Assembly (NCBI GenBank): GCA_030037955.1
Contig: JASHPT010000012.1
Location: 2,429 to 66,428 of the forward strand
Reading direction: 5' to 3'
DNA from: Thermoplasmata archaeon
GTDB lineage: Archaea; Thermoplasmatota; Thermoplasmata; Lutacidiplasmatales; UBA184
Length of the DNA: 64,000 nt
Under the pieces are notes generated by a model, which searched no databases, was not told the DNA's origin, and worked only from the letters and a program-made list of their open reading frames with translations. This document shows positions 17,388 to 25,884 of this stretch, piece after piece. Positions within the stretch are counted from its first letter, which is position 1. The number at the start of each line of letters is the position of its first letter. The position numbers and the translations under genes were made by a program.

Positions 17388-18310
17388 CGAGACGGCTTCC
17401 GGGCCGCCGCGGGCCGCGGCATGCGGTCGATCGTGGTCTGCAGGGCCCGCCGTACCATGACCGCCACCAATCGGCGACGATACGACTCGGTGGCGCGCTT
17501 GTCGGAAACGAACTCCGCCCGCCGGGCCGCCTCCTGAGCCGCGAGCTCCTGCTCCAGGTGGGTCGGTCTGGCCGACCGCAGCACGGCCTCCGCCTCGCTC
17601 AGTCGACGGGCCCGGGGCTGAAGCCCACCCAGGGCGATACGCCAATGCGGCGCGTCCGGGAGGTACGCGGTCGCGACACCGACCTGAGAGATGTCGTTCA
17701 CGGGCTGCACCCGTTGCCACATGTAGGTCGACGGAGCCGCCGAGGGAAAGATCAGCGATTCGATGAGCTCTGCCGGTCCCAGGTTCGTTTTTCTCGACTC
17801 CTGCAGCACCAGATCGACCGGATGTTCCCGAACACCGCTCGGTCCGAGGATGCGAACGCGTGCGTCCAGCGCGATCAGCATCGGAAGCAGGTCGGAGGCA
17901 GGAGAGCAGCGGCCCACGTTGCCCCCGAGCGTCGCCCGGGCCCTGAGCGCGGGACTTCCGACGTCCCGGATCGCCTCCCAAAGGCCGGGCAACTGCTGCT
18001 GCACACGCCGATCGAGCTCGAGGGTTCGCAGCGGAAGCGTGCTCCCGACGACGAGACTGGATCCCTCCCATCGCAGGTACCGCCACGGCATCTTCCGGAG
18101 CGAGAGTACCTGCCGCGGAGAGGCCCGGGCCTGATCGATGTCGATCAGCAAGTCGGTTCCACCCCCCAGAACCGACATCTGGCCGGCCGACGCGCCCGCC
18201 AGCAGCCTCACAGCTTCCTCCGGAGTGGCCGGCTGGACCAGCTGAAAGCTCACGCGCACTCCGACCGGGCGGCGATTGATAGCCTTTCGGTGCGCGACGA
18301 GGCTCGACAT
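17384..18310 (-). CDS. FAD-binding subunit of molybdenum hydroxylase (CoxM-like)
   Basis: LGGGTDLL FAD-binding motif and CO dehydrogenase flavoprotein fold. ATGA overlap with coxS. The real start may be an internal GTG. Confidence 0.8.
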   Translation of the reverse strand: MSSLVAHRKAINRRPVGVRVSFQLVQPATPEEAVRLLAGASAGQMSVLGGGTDLLIDIDQARASPRQVLSLRKMPWRYLRWEGSSLVVGSTLPLRTLELDRRVQQQLPGLWEAIRDVGSPALRARATLGGNVGRCSPASDLLPMLIALDARVRILGPSGVREHPVDLVLQESRKTNLGPAELIESLIFPSAAPSTYMWQRVQPVNDISQVGVATAYLPDAPHWRIALGGLQPRARRLSEAEAVLRSARPTHLEQELAAQEAARRAEFVSDKRATESYRRRLVAVMVRRALQTTIDRMPRPAAARKPSR

Positions 18311-18860
18311 GTACTTTTATCCGCCAGACCGGCTTCGCTCCCCGTTCGTAATGCCGTTCGAGTTGACACTTCGTTACAGCACCCCACTCACGCCGCTCCC
18401 GGACGTCGACGAAGTGCTCCAGGAATTCCTCCGGATGATCGGCTACTTGCCGGAAAGTTACGATACGCGCGGCGGCACGGGGCCGGTCGAGAGCCGGGTG
18501 GCGTACCGACTGGTCCGGGACTGCCTGATCCGCGCCCCGACACGACCGTGGTACATCGATGAGATCGTTGCCGTCCTCAAGACGTCCAAACCGACGGTCT
18601 ACCGGCACATCAACAAGCTCAAGTCGCTCGACCTGCTCGAAGAGGTCGGCGGCTCCGCCGACGGCAAGGGCCGCAAGGGCTACCGACTCCGGTACGGGAA
18701 CCTCGCCCGAGCGTGGGACTTCACGGAAGCGAACGCGCAGAACGCGCTCAAGCGGTACCGGGAGACCGTGAATCACCTCCAGACCCTGCTCGACCGCGCG
18801 GAAACCCCGCCCTCGGTCGTGACCAAGGGCTCGGCGAGGGCCAAGGGAATCCTTCAATAA
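18309..18860 (+). CDS. winged-helix (ArsR/TrmB-like) transcriptional regulator, divergent from the Mo-hydroxylase operon
   Basis: HTH segment PWYIDEIVAVLKTSKPTVYRHINKLKSLDLLEEV. The start is uncertain (ATG candidates at 18309, 18354 or 18435). Confidence 0.6.
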   Translation: MYFYPPDRLRSPFVMPFELTLRYSTPLTPLPDVDEVLQEFLRMIGYLPESYDTRGGTGPVESRVAYRLVRDCLIRAPTRPWYIDEIVAVLKTSKPTVYRHINKLKSLDLLEEVGGSADGKGRKGYRLRYGNLARAWDFTEANAQNALKRYRETVNHLQTLLDRAETPPSVVTKGSARAKGILQ

Positions 18861-18890
18861 CTCCGCACGCGACTCTAGGAGCGAATCTCC

Positions 18891-19199
18891 ATGAGCGCAA
18901 CGTCGGCGCCAGGGTCGGCGAAGAAGAATGCGATCGCGCTGACCGTGGGCTCGAAGATCCGCGTGCGGTCGGCCAGCAGCGAGAACGAGTCGCTCGTATC
19001 GAACGGCGCGTTCCGGGGCCTTGTCTCTATCGGCGGCGACAGTTCGCTCGCCGTGGAGCTCGACGGCACGGTGGCGGAGGAGAAGGGGCGCATCCGATTG
19101 ATCCCACTCAACGCCCTGCTGGCCCTCGACGTCCTCGAGGCGGCGAAGGCCGAAGAGGAGAAGCGCGCCGACCCGGCGAGCCCCGGCTACTTTGGCTGA
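18891..19199 (+). CDS. small hypothetical protein (102 aa)
   Basis: ATG preceded by ggag ~10 nt upstream. No recognisable domain. Confidence 0.4.
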   Translation: MSATSAPGSAKKNAIALTVGSKIRVRSASSENESLVSNGAFRGLVSIGGDSSLAVELDGTVAEEKGRIRLIPLNALLALDVLEAAKAEEEKRADPASPGYFG

Positions 19200-19218
19200 G
19201 CCCCGGCCGCTCCGTCAA

Positions 19219-19325
19219 CGGGCTTGGTGGGAGTTTCGCCGCCCCGGTCGCGGCGACGGGCGGATTCGAACCCACGTCTTCGGCTTCGAAGGCCGAAAGG
19301 ATAGTCCAGACTACCCTACAAGCCC
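19219..19325 (-). tRNA. tRNA-Arg (anticodon TCG) with ~32-nt insertion separating the two T-stem halves (putative non-canonical intron near T-loop position 59-61)
   Basis: On the minus strand the acceptor halves are GGGCTTG (19325..19319) and CAAGCCC (19226..19220). U8-A9 are present, and the D-stem is GGGT/ATCC. The anticodon stem is TCGGC/GCCGA with loop CTTCGAA, giving anticodon TCG. The T-stem 5' half GTGGG and T-loop TTCGAAT are followed by about 32 nt (CCGCCCGTCGCCGCGACCGGGGCGGCGAAACT, which folds as a CGCCGC/GCGGCG hairpin). Only then comes the complementary T-stem 3' half CCCAC. The fold was done by eye only. Confidence 0.6.
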
Positions 19326-19387
19326 GCGGGCCGTCGGACGCGCGGCCGCCTATAAGGGGGTTCCCGGCGGCGGCTCCGCCGGTCGGC

Positions 19388-22300
19388 TCAGAGCTCGTCG
19401 GGCGGTTCGTCGACGGCCACCGGTTCCTGGAACGATTCGAGCGTGGTCTGCGCCAGGCTGCCGGGGAAGAGCGTCGCGAGGGACGTTTCGAGGAGCTGGA
19501 TCCGTTGTCGCAAGTACGGAGGGACGCCGGTCGTCGCCGCCAGCCGCTGGGAGAGACCGAGGTACTTCCGCACCGACGCCTCGAACACGGTGGGCTGGAG
19601 CAGTCCGTCGCACGGAGCCCCGGCGTGGGGCCGGGCGGTGCAGCGACCCGAGAGCGGCGGTCGGCGATACGAGGTGCCGCAGGTTTTGCAGCGGAACTTC
19701 TGGGTCGCGTAGCTCTTGAGATTCCCCATCAGGTCGGGGAGAAAGTGGGCGTTCAGCACCAACGAGACGGCCTCTCCGACGTCGACCGCGCGGATCTCGG
19801 AGGCGACCCGCAGGGATTGCTCGACGATGCGGTCCATCGACGGTGCTTCCCGGTACGCGGACCGGACCGGGCCCCCGGCGATGTCGCTCGTGTCGTGCGT
19901 GAACCCGTACCCGTGCAACGCCCGCTCGGTCCCGACCCGGGCGCCGACGGTCTCGATGAGGGCCTGCACCTCCTTGGCCGCCCCGCCCCGGGCCGCCGCC
20001 CGGTAGAACTCGACGGGATACCGGAACGCGATGTCGACGTTGTGTGCCTCGCTGTCGACCTCGGTGGCATTGAGCCGCGTCGTGAGCACGAGCGGCTTGT
20101 CCATCAACGCGCCCCGGCTCTCCGGGAGGAACGCCCGGGAGAAGTTGAGCAGCGCATCGAGGAGCAGGGTGACCGAGTCCTCGTCCCCGTCACAGTTTCG
20201 TCGCTTCGCGGCATGGAAGACCGGGTGCGCGAAGCATCCTTCCGCCGACGTGTAGCCGATCAGACGGCCAACGACGGCTCCCGAGGTGTGTGGCGCCAGC
20301 GCCGCGACGAGATGCCCGAGCAGGTCCTCGGGCCGGCTCGCCCGGTAGTACGATTCGAGGCCGTAGAGATGGGCCAACTCATCGTCGAGGAACTGGGCGA
20401 CCTGGGTGAGGTAGGTCCCGCAGGAGCGCGAGACGATGAGGTCGTGCGGCTCGAGTTCCAGCAGCTGGTCCGGGTCCGTGAGCGGCGCCCCGCGGTAGTC
20501 CTGGGTGTACCCGAGCGACCGGGCGCGTTCCACCGATAGCCCCACTTCTCGGGGCCGGAAATGCGTGAGGGGGAGGTCGGTGAGGTCGAACCGCGCCGTT
20601 CCGTCCTGATAGACCGAGACCCCGTGCGCCGCCCGCAGGATTCCCTTCTCGATCGGCTCCGGAACCTTGCCGCTGGAGAGGAGGCCCTTGACTCCCTTGA
20701 CGTTCGTCGGGGGACGCCGGAGCTGGAGCTGCTCGACCGCCTGGGCCCAAATCGGCGCCACGGAGACCTCCTGGGTGGTCACCTGGCCGGTCGCGCGCGT
20801 ATGGGCGCCGCACACGCATCGGGGCCAGACCGTCGACCGATGACAGGTGGGACACTCGCGTACTCCGAGCTGCGTCGGGAGGCCCCGGCCCTGACTGCGA
20901 CGCGCGGCCTCGGGAATCGAGCGCTGGGCGCCGCCGGCGTCTCCGACCGGGAAGAGCACGTGCACGTTGGGGCTCATCTTCCGCTGCCGGGCCTTCTCCG
21001 GCCGGCCCACTCGGGCTCCGATGCGGGAGGGACTCCGCGGAGGCACCCGGACCCCGGCCAGCCGGCTGACGTAGGCCATCGGGTCGATGTCGACCGGTTC
21101 GACCGGTACGACGCGGAGCAATCGGGGGCTGCCCGGGACCAGTCCGAGGGCAGCCACCAGCGCCTGGGACAGCTCCCCCTCGCCTTGGAGCGTCCCGTCG
21201 GCCCGGCGGGTATGAAGAAATCCGAGGCGAACCAGCACGTCGCGGACCTCCGCGTCGAACGGTACCTCGAGCGCACCGGCGACCCAGCGCCCCTCGCGTT
21301 CGACGTAGTCCGACAGGGCGCGTATCTCGCCCGAGGTGAGGTCGTGCCAGAACAAGAGGAAGCGCGGATGGAGGGGGACGTTCGAGGCCCGGGCGGTCTC
21401 GACCGCCTCGGCGTAGCTGGGGCGGAAGGCCTTGTCATCCAGCGGAACGCCCGCGGCCCGCAACTCCTCGAGATGCCACTCGAGCGAGTAGGTGCCCGGC
21501 GCGAGGGGCCGGTTGTTCTCGAGAAACTCGCCGAAGGGAACCAGCAGGCACCCCAGGTCGATGATGCGTCGGATCCTCGGGAGCAGCTCCTCGGCCCGGT
21601 CCCGGTCATGTACGGCTGTAAGGCTCCCGTCGTCCAGCTCGACGATGGGACCCTCGATCGTGTCACAGAGCGTCATCGCGGTCGCCTTGCCCGGATATTC
21701 GATCTTGACCTGGGTGCCCACCGCGACGAAATTTCGGAGCACGACCATCGTCGCCGGATTGACGGCGCAGGACGCCAGGCCGGCCGTTCGCGATCGGCCG
21801 TACAGGAGTCGGAAACCCCCCGGTCGATGCGGATAGGCGAGGACCGGACGGCCGCCGACCGCCTCCGAGAGATACTTCGGCCCCTGCGTGCCGCCGTTGT
21901 CGTCGGCGGTGGCGTGCCGACCCAGCTCGCCCAGGAACTCCCATCCGTCCAAGCCGAGCCGCTGCACGATCTTGCGCAGCTTCGGTGCTTTCTGGCAGAG
22001 ACCTTCGGCGATGACCAGGCAGGCACCGCCCCGCAGCCCGTTCGTCGGCACGCGCGGGAGGTTCCGGAAGGCGCTGACCTCGAGGTCTCCCTCGGTCGAC
22101 TCGCCCGAGATGCAGACCGGTACGTTCTCCACGACCGTCGAGACCTCCTCGGCGGTGGGCACGTACTGCAGGTGCTGGGAATGCTTGTACAGCGGGATCT
22201 CCTCGACGTAGCGCTCGACCTCCCCCGGCAAGGGTCGATACGGCGTGAGTCCCAGCTCTCGACGGGCGACGTCTGCGAGGAGGACGGACATCGCCTGGGC

Positions 22301-22738
22301 CGTTCCGCCCGCGGCGCGAATCGGGCCGGCGTAGAACAGCTCGATGTAGGCGGAGCCTCCCACCGGTCGGAGGTGTACCTCGGCCAGACCCTCGAGGGGG
22401 GCGACCAGGATGCCTTCGGTGAGAATCGCCAGCCCCACGCGCAGCGCAGCGTCCAGCCGGGCCTCGACCGACGCGCCCCGACGAGAATCGCGAACCATCG
22501 ACCGGACCATTGCGATCGCTACCTCGTCGCGCGGAAGGTCCCGCGCGAGGACCCGGATCTCCTCCGCGACCCCCTCGACCGGCAGGTGCGCCAGCAGTTT
22601 CTCGACTCGGGCGGCCATGTCCTGGGCCGGTGGGATCTCGGGATGGTCCTCGGGGTCGATCCCCGCAGCCCGGGCCGAGCGAGCTACTGCGTAGGCAGCC
22701 TCGATCGACCGATCGAGACGCTCAAAGTATGACGACAC
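19388..22738 (-). CDS. DNA polymerase II (PolD) large subunit DP2
   Basis: 1116 aa. The N-terminus MSSYFERLDRSIEAAYAVAR and the C-terminal zinc-finger CKTCGTSYRRPPLSGRCTARPHAGAPCDGLL are typical of DP2. A CTTAAG box lies ~30 nt upstream of the ATG. Confidence 0.9.
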   Translation of the reverse strand: MSSYFERLDRSIEAAYAVARSARAAGIDPEDHPEIPPAQDMAARVEKLLAHLPVEGVAEEIRVLARDLPRDEVAIAMVRSMVRDSRRGASVEARLDAALRVGLAILTEGILVAPLEGLAEVHLRPVGGSAYIELFYAGPIRAAGGTAQAMSVLLADVARRELGLTPYRPLPGEVERYVEEIPLYKHSQHLQYVPTAEEVSTVVENVPVCISGESTEGDLEVSAFRNLPRVPTNGLRGGACLVIAEGLCQKAPKLRKIVQRLGLDGWEFLGELGRHATADDNGGTQGPKYLSEAVGGRPVLAYPHRPGGFRLLYGRSRTAGLASCAVNPATMVVLRNFVAVGTQVKIEYPGKATAMTLCDTIEGPIVELDDGSLTAVHDRDRAEELLPRIRRIIDLGCLLVPFGEFLENNRPLAPGTYSLEWHLEELRAAGVPLDDKAFRPSYAEAVETARASNVPLHPRFLLFWHDLTSGEIRALSDYVEREGRWVAGALEVPFDAEVRDVLVRLGFLHTRRADGTLQGEGELSQALVAALGLVPGSPRLLRVVPVEPVDIDPMAYVSRLAGVRVPPRSPSRIGARVGRPEKARQRKMSPNVHVLFPVGDAGGAQRSIPEAARRSQGRGLPTQLGVRECPTCHRSTVWPRCVCGAHTRATGQVTTQEVSVAPIWAQAVEQLQLRRPPTNVKGVKGLLSSGKVPEPIEKGILRAAHGVSVYQDGTARFDLTDLPLTHFRPREVGLSVERARSLGYTQDYRGAPLTDPDQLLELEPHDLIVSRSCGTYLTQVAQFLDDELAHLYGLESYYRASRPEDLLGHLVAALAPHTSGAVVGRLIGYTSAEGCFAHPVFHAAKRRNCDGDEDSVTLLLDALLNFSRAFLPESRGALMDKPLVLTTRLNATEVDSEAHNVDIAFRYPVEFYRAAARGGAAKEVQALIETVGARVGTERALHGYGFTHDTSDIAGGPVRSAYREAPSMDRIVEQSLRVASEIRAVDVGEAVSLVLNAHFLPDLMGNLKSYATQKFRCKTCGTSYRRPPLSGRCTARPHAGAPCDGLLQPTVFEASVRKYLGLSQRLAATTGVPPYLRQRIQLLETSLATLFPGSLAQTTLESFQEPVAVDEPPDEL

Positions 22739-22764
22739 GCCCCGCGGCGAGCTACGCGCCGGGG

Positions 22765-22770
22765 CTTAAG
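22765..22770 (-). promoter_or_regulatory. CTTAAG promoter box upstream of the PolD DP2 gene (representative of a recurrent motif)
   Basis: ggggCTTAAGccc palindrome 27-32 nt upstream of ATG 22738. The same hexamer sits at equivalent distances upstream of purP (14728-14733), nadA (6505-6510 relative to ATG 6469) and the antiporter gene (ccttaaac, 44075-44082). Confidence 0.45.
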
Positions 22771-22820
22771 CCCTACCCGACCGGACGCGGTGCGAATCGC
22801 GTGCGGACGGTCCGCCCGGG

Positions 22821-23570
22821 TCAATCCGGCGCGGCGAGCTGGGAGACCGGGATGTACACCACGGTCGACTGGGGCGGGCCGGAGTAGATGATCTTGATGT
22901 AGCAATTGTTCGGCGGATTGTTCGACCCGGGCGTGGCGAAGCACCACGCAGGGATGCCGTGATAGTCGTCCGTGTCGGGCTTGGTGGAGCCCACGTCGTG
23001 TGGCGCGGTCGTGGAGTGGATGTAGAGCACGATGCTGTCACCGTCCGACAGGTAGGTGGCGTTCGGGGTCAGCTGCCAGAAGAAGCCGAGGCGGCTGAAG
23101 GGGATGTCGTAGCCGAACACCTCGGCCGGGTTGTAGTTCCCGCAGGTCTGCAAGCAGTTGCCGCCCGGCTCGACGCAGTTGAAGTTGGCGGCGTGGTTCG
23201 TCGTGGGGATGTAGAGCATGTTGGGCAGGGTCGACTCGAAGTAGACCGTTCCGTTACAGATGAAGTAGAAAGTGAGATCGGCGACCGGCATCAGACCGGG
23301 GGATTGCGTCGTGAAGATGATGTCGACCGCAGGCTGCTGGGCGCAGGTCGACGGGTCGTTCACGTTCGAGCAGTCCGTGAGGTCACCCCAGGTCGGGGCC
23401 GTCGTCCCCGTGTCAATGGTGTAGTAGATCGCACTGGTGGCCGTGGGAACCGGGGGCTTGAACGCCGCCAGGATCGCCACGGCGATGACGGTCATCGCCA
23501 CGAGGAGAATCACGGCGATGACGTTGTTGACTCCGCGGGAAGCGCGGCGGCGGAAAGTCCGCATGGACAC
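22821..23570 (-). CDS. archaeal type IV pilin-like protein (class III signal peptide)
   Basis: N-terminus MSMRTFRRRASRGVNNVIAVILLVAMTVIAVAILAAF has a basic region, a G/A cleavage site and a hydrophobic helix typical of PibD/FlaK substrates. The rest is Thr/Ser/Asn/Cys-rich. Local GC is lower than that of neighbouring genes. Confidence 0.7.
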   Translation of the reverse strand: MSMRTFRRRASRGVNNVIAVILLVAMTVIAVAILAAFKPPVPTATSAIYYTIDTGTTAPTWGDLTDCSNVNDPSTCAQQPAVDIIFTTQSPGLMPVADLTFYFICNGTVYFESTLPNMLYIPTTNHAANFNCVEPGGNCLQTCGNYNPAEVFGYDIPFSRLGFFWQLTPNATYLSDGDSIVLYIHSTTAPHDVGSTKPDTDDYHGIPAWCFATPGSNNPPNNCYIKIIYSGPPQSTVVYIPVSQLAAPD

Positions 23571-23688
23571 GTATGCCGACGAATAGAGCGCGGCACCCCC
23601 CCTTTAGCCTTGCGCTGCGCCGGAGGATTTTTCGCCCTCCCCGGAACGTCGGTGGCTCCCGGATGTTTTTCCGGCGGGGGAAGCCGTC

Positions 23689-24402
23689 TTGGGATGCCGC
23701 GTGTCTGGCCAACCCGTGCGCGTGATCGTGTTCGGTGCGACCGGGATGGTCGGAGGCGGGGTCCTCCGCGAATGCCTCCTGGACCCGGGCGTCGACGCCG
23801 TCCTCTCGGTAGGGCGCTCCTCCACGCAGATCCAGGCCCCGAAGCTGCAGGAGCTGTTGCGCCCGGACCTCATGGACCTTACCTCCGTCGAGGATCGGCT
23901 CCGAGGTTACGACGCGGCGTTCTTCTGCCTCGGAGTCTCGTCGGTTGGAATGCCGGAGGCGCAGTATCGTCGGGTCACGTTCGACCTGACCGTTCGGGTA
24001 GCCGAGACGCTGGCGCGTCTGAATCCCTCCCTGACGTTCGTGTACGTGTCCGGGGCGGGGACGGACAGCTCTGAGCACGGTCGCTCGATGTGGGCTCGCG
24101 TCAAGGGCCAGACGGAGAACGCGCTTCTCCGGATGCCGTTCCGGGCCGCGTACATGTTTCGACCGGGCATCATCCAGTCGAAGCACGGGATCCGGTCCAA
24201 GAGCCTCGCCTACCGGATCGGATACGTCGTTGTCGCCCCGTTCCTCCTGATCATCAGTGCCGTCGCACCGCAGTCCGTGACCACGACCGAACGGGTCGGG
24301 GCCGCGATGATTCACGTCGGCCGTGTCGGCTGGCCGACGCCCATCCTCGGGACTGCAGACATCAACGCCGCCGCGAAGCTTGAGTCGGGTCGGTCCGGCT
24401 GA
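23689..24402 (+). CDS. NAD(P)-binding Rossmann-fold protein (NAD-dependent epimerase/dehydratase family-like)
   Basis: VRVIVFGATGMVGGGVLREC dinucleotide-binding motif. The start may be an internal GTG rather than the TTG at 23689. Confidence 0.7.
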   Translation: MGCRVSGQPVRVIVFGATGMVGGGVLRECLLDPGVDAVLSVGRSSTQIQAPKLQELLRPDLMDLTSVEDRLRGYDAAFFCLGVSSVGMPEAQYRRVTFDLTVRVAETLARLNPSLTFVYVSGAGTDSSEHGRSMWARVKGQTENALLRMPFRAAYMFRPGIIQSKHGIRSKSLAYRIGYVVVAPFLLIISAVAPQSVTTTERVGAAMIHVGRVGWPTPILGTADINAAAKLESGRSG

Positions 24403-24750
24403 CGATTGACGGTCTCCTCTGGGACCGACCGTCTGCGTCGAGACCTTCTTCGTCAGCGGCTCGGAGGACGTTTGGCGGAGCGCCGCGCGGGAGGTGCGTC
24501 CGCCGCTCCACCGACTCTCGCACGCGAGGCTCTCCGCCACAGGCGAGTAGCTCCGGAATGGCGACTCCCGATTCCGGCGGCCGTATCTCCCGAACAAAAC
24601 TGCCCTGCGGAAAGACTTCCGCACCGCCGAAAATCTATCGGGCTGAGATTGCGAACGGTACCGATAAAAACCAACGTTTAAGTAGCAAATCCCGGGATTC
24701 TCCGCCGAGCGTATGACGCTCGTCCGACAAACGCAACGGAGAATCAAACC

Positions 24751-25884
24751 ATGAAATCGATCATCCAGGAAGCGATCGCGAAGCACCAGGAAAGCCAGCA
24801 GCTCGCGGAGCAGAAGCCGGACGCAGCGCCCGCCTACGGAAGTTCTGACGACGCGGAGCTCGCGAAGCTGGCGGAGACGCTGAAGGTCAACATCCGCATC
24901 ATCGGATGCGGCGGCGGCGGGTCGAACACGATCAACCGCTGTGTCGAAGAGGGGATCCAGGGCGCCGAGATGTGCGCCATCAACACGGATGCGAAGCACC
25001 TGCTGACCATCCACTCCCCGCGCAAGATCCTCATCGGCCGCCGAGCCACCAAAGGCCTGGGCGCCGGAGCTCGGCCGGAGATCGGCGAGGAGGCGGCCCG
25101 GGAGAACGAGGAGGAGATCCGCAACTTCCTCACCGGAGCGCACATCGTCTTTGTCACGGCAGGCATGGGTGGCGGCACGGGAACGGGCTCGGCCCATCTC
25201 GTGGCACGGATCAGCAAGGAAGCCGGGGCGCTCACGATGGGCGTCGTAACCATCCCGTTCGCGGCCGAAGGCGCCGTGCGCCTGGAGGCGGCGAAGGACG
25301 GACTCGAGCGGCTTCGCCGGGTCTGCGATACCACGATCGTGATCCAGAACGACAAGCTCCTCGAACTCGTCCCGCGGATGCCGCTCGATGCGGCGTTCAA
25401 GCTTGCCGATGCGGTCCTGATGACCGCCATCAAGGGAATCACCGAGATCGTGACCAAGCCGGGGCTCGTCAACCTCGACTACGCCGACATCATGACGGTC
25501 ATGAAGGACGGCGGCGTCGCGCTGATCGGACTGGGCGAGAGCGAGAGCGCGACCGACCGGGTCACCGAGTCGGTCACCCAGGCCCTGACCTCGCCGCTGC
25601 TCGGCAACGTCGAGATGAAGGACGCGACCGGCGCGCTCGTGCGCGTCGTCGGTGGCCCGACCATGACGGTCTCGGAGGCCGAGAAGGCCGCCGCGCTCGT
25701 CGGGGCAAAGATCTCGAAGCGGGCCCGCATCATCTGGGGCTGCTCGGTCGAGAACTCCTCGGAGATGGAGAACACCATCAAGGTGCTCCTCATCATCACT
25801 GGAGTAAAGGCCGCGAATCTCCTGGGCTCGCGCGGAGGCTACGCCGCCGGTGAGTCTGAAGAGGTCATCGACTTCGTACGGTAA
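24751..25884 (+). CDS. ftsZ: cell division protein FtsZ
   Basis: Tubulin/FtsZ signature GGGTGTG (VFVTAGMGGGTGTGSAHLVA) and NTD motif IGCGGGGSNTINR. ATG with upstream ggag. A TATA-like cgtttaagtag at ~24672-24682. Confidence 0.95.
   Translation: MKSIIQEAIAKHQESQQLAEQKPDAAPAYGSSDDAELAKLAETLKVNIRIIGCGGGGSNTINRCVEEGIQGAEMCAINTDAKHLLTIHSPRKILIGRRATKGLGAGARPEIGEEAARENEEEIRNFLTGAHIVFVTAGMGGGTGTGSAHLVARISKEAGALTMGVVTIPFAAEGAVRLEAAKDGLERLRRVCDTTIVIQNDKLLELVPRMPLDAAFKLADAVLMTAIKGITEIVTKPGLVNLDYADIMTVMKDGGVALIGLGESESATDRVTESVTQALTSPLLGNVEMKDATGALVRVVGGPTMTVSEAEKAAALVGAKISKRARIIWGCSVENSSEMENTIKVLLIITGVKAANLLGSRGGYAAGESEEVIDFVR

Noticed and set aside
16911-18857. 648-aa ORF upstream-extended from the 2Fe-2S subunit
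   Set aside because: Only the last 158 aa (CoxS) are real. The remainder is antisense to the wHTH regulator and overlaps coxM in another frame.
19215-19330. Reading the tRNA on the plus strand (acceptor GGGCTTG ... CAAGCCC is self-complementary in both orientations)
   Set aside because: The plus orientation gives a T-loop ATTCGAA and no anticodon stem. The minus orientation gives a canonical U33-anticodon-A37 loop and U8/A9.
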